Positions 61,461 to 64,000 of a stretch of 64,000 bases of DNA are shown here, piece by piece. Made by a program: the position numbers and the translations under genes. Each line of letters starts with the position of its first letter. Positions within the stretch are counted from its first letter, which is position 1. Under the pieces are notes generated by a model. That model did not search any database. It saw only the letters and a list, made by a program, of their open reading frames with translations, and was not told the origin of the DNA. Origin of the DNA: Ginglymostoma cirratum (taxonomy: Eukaryota); NCBI GenBank assembly GCA_024137785.1, contig JAHRHZ010000021.1, positions 22,702,212-22,766,211 of the forward strand, written 5' to 3'.

Positions 61461-64000
61461 AGGTCCCATTGAAGAAGGTTATCTCAGAGTACAATTGGAT
61501 ACAGGTTACTGTGTTTTTGATGAGTTGGAGTTTGTATAGGTTCATATCAGGTAAACCAGCAAAGAAAGCATACTAGAAATCAAGCATTCAGGTGATTATG
61601 GCCTGAATAAGAGTTTCAACGGTATAGGGGAGAAGATAAAGAAAAGCCTTTGAGATGGACCAAATATATAATTAGAGACCATTGATTGGCTGCATCAACA
61701 GGAGGAGAGGCTATAGTGCTTAGCATTATTTAGGCCCATCCTCAGCTGAGGATAGGTATGTTATTAATCGCAGAATCCAAAAGGCTATCAAAGATGTTTT
61801 TTCTTCCAAAGGTTCATTTTGAAGTAGCCACATAACAATGTGACACGTGTTAATTACTCCTAATCTAGCTGTCTGGCACAGAAAATTAACTCTTGCAAGT
61901 ATGGAGACTTGTTCCTTAATGTTGCAGGTGTTCTTGAATATTTCTTCTCTCTCAGTCCAATCTTTAGTTCCCTGTTTTTCTCTTCCTATATCAGGTTTGA
62001 TGTTGAAATCTCAATTCTTATGATGCTAATATCGTAATGTTACAATCTGGTTAGTTAAGGAAATCCATGTTGCTTGCCTTGTAAAACCTGTTTCACCTGG
62101 CATTGCTCCAACAATTTACAGCATAAAATATTGTTAACATTAAATGGGCAAAGGCACCTTTAACTAACAGTAGGCTGTGTTTGTCACACTGCCACAGGAG
62201 ATTTTCGGTTATTATTTCAAGCCAACATCCCTATTTGATAACCCATTGAGATGAATTAACAAAAACACCATGCTTCCCATTATTAATTAAATTCTTAATA
62301 TTTGTTCAGCAGGGTATTATGACTTTCCATCCACAGCCAAAATTATACCTTACTACAGCATGGTATGATTTAATTGTCAGCTGACGTGCATTGATGATTC
62401 CTCCTATCTCGGTGTGTCAAACAGTAGATCAATATTTCAACCCTGGACAGGCAATACAAAGGTGCTATTTATCTTGTTAAATTGTTATTCCAAATAAAAA
62501 TCACCACAACATTGAAGAGTAAACTCTGGAACATATGGGTCTGACAAAATAAACTGCATTTTAATTGCACCCAGGTCTTTAGCATTACATTGTTCATTTA
62601 CATACTCGTGAACCATTTGAACACCTCTGCCCTTAATGACTTTTGCTGACTGAAAGTGAAAGTGAATTCCACTCATTAAATTTTCTGTCATAAGTGACTT
62701 ACATTTCCTCTGCCAATTTGGGCGTTCGTTTTTTTTAGCCCTTGGGAACTTAACAGCAGCTGGTTGACATTGATTTCACTTTTGTTTCAGTAAGTTAATA
62801 ATGCAGCAAACTTTTTCAGAACTGATGTGCTTGCCAGAGGCTTCCTAGCATCCTGGGTGCATTTTGTATGGTTATGAATTAATCATTGTTGCATACTAAT
62901 AATTATTCAATTATTATGCCTCATACGTTAGGTTTGAATTCTTCTCAAGGTGGAACAGCTATGCCTTTGAATCAGAGTTAAAGGGAATACGCTTTGAATT
63001 TATATAAGTTTGAATATAGTTACGCTGAAGCCTCTCAGCAGGTTCAGCAAAATAAGGTTTATGAAGTTTTCATTAAGCAATAGCACATTTTCTACTTTAT
63101 AAAGTATTGGGTCAGGTGGAGCAGATGTAAGTGACTTGTCACAATTATTAAACACCATGCAGTGTCCCTGAATGATAAAGGTGGCACAAGGTTGATTGTA
63201 CTGTCATCAAGAACTTACTAAGGCTTAGCCTGATGTAGATTTGAGATCTACTCAACCTTCTAGTAGTCTTTGAGGTTAATAAATTGGGATACTGGTGGCA
63301 TTTAGTGAGCTGCAAGATTTTAAACAGTCATAAAGCAAAACTTTGCTAGCTAAATAATATGATTTCTGAGACATCGGGGAGAGCCACAGAAATGACTGGA
63401 AATTTTGGGTAAAGACCAGAGAGAATTTCTAATTGATACCTTCTTATTTCATGTAGGTTGGAAATGATACAAGTCCATTAGTTTGAACACCTCAACATTT
63501 TAGAACTTATTAGCTCTAACACTGAAAAATGTGAAGCTATCATGTCTATATATTTAGGGTTGTTACAAAATGATAACTAAAATCTCTTACCTGAAATTCT
63601 TTATGGCTTTTACACTGTTTTCCCTAGGAGTGTGTTCTTTCTACCCTAATTTTTCTCTTGGGTGATAAATTAAGTCCAATTCTGTGGCTAATGAACACTC
63701 ATTTGACCTTACATTTACATTGCTCTTGTTAATTGCCAGAAAGTACCTGAATAACCCAGAATGACACCCATACACAGTGTATAACTTTCCCTTTATAGCT
63801 GAAATGTAACTGTTTTCATTAAAATTATGGAGTACTAAATTTAAATCTTTGATTTTTTTCAGTTTGATGAACTCAGCCTAATTTTGCTCATCTGAGTGAA
63901 AACAGCATAGATTACAGATTCTTAAGAAAGTGATTATTCATTCTCAGATTATTCATTCTGTCATTATGAGAGGCTCACATTGGTTCGTTGCTCGTAGATC

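Noticed and set aside
61500-64000. Repeat-poor distal region as possible enhancer or 3' end of a neighbouring gene (KCND2 in human synteny)
   Set aside because: No exon or motif that I can support without cross-species alignment.

Overview
Eukaryotic (not prokaryotic) genomic DNA, very probably from a shark or other elasmobranch, judging from HE1/V-SINE-type SINEs, HER1/CR1-type LINE tails and Deu-domain SINEs. The window holds one complete protein-coding gene, TSPAN12 (+ strand): 7 coding exons of 66/83/136/75/108/144/309 nt between 19342 and 57198, 306 aa, all introns GT-AG, with a probable non-coding first exon in a CpG-rich promoter at about 16.65-16.98 kb. Most other recognisable sequence is transposon debris: a decayed Ty3/Gypsy LTR element with nested insertions, CR1, L2 and RTE LINE fragments, PIF/Harbinger transposase remnants, SINEs and a tRNA-Ile pseudogene. 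The most unusual signal is a young Penelope-type family of about 100-130 nt arms carrying a minimal hammerhead-ribozyme core (CUGAUGA-stem II-GAAACGUC). It is inserted as head-to-head inverted pairs with 13-16 bp target duplications, and both 400-N gaps sit at the hairpin centres. Hammerheads in Penelope elements are known, so I cannot claim a wholly new system. All homology calls come from reading the sequence and from memory, not database searches, and repeat boundaries are approximate.
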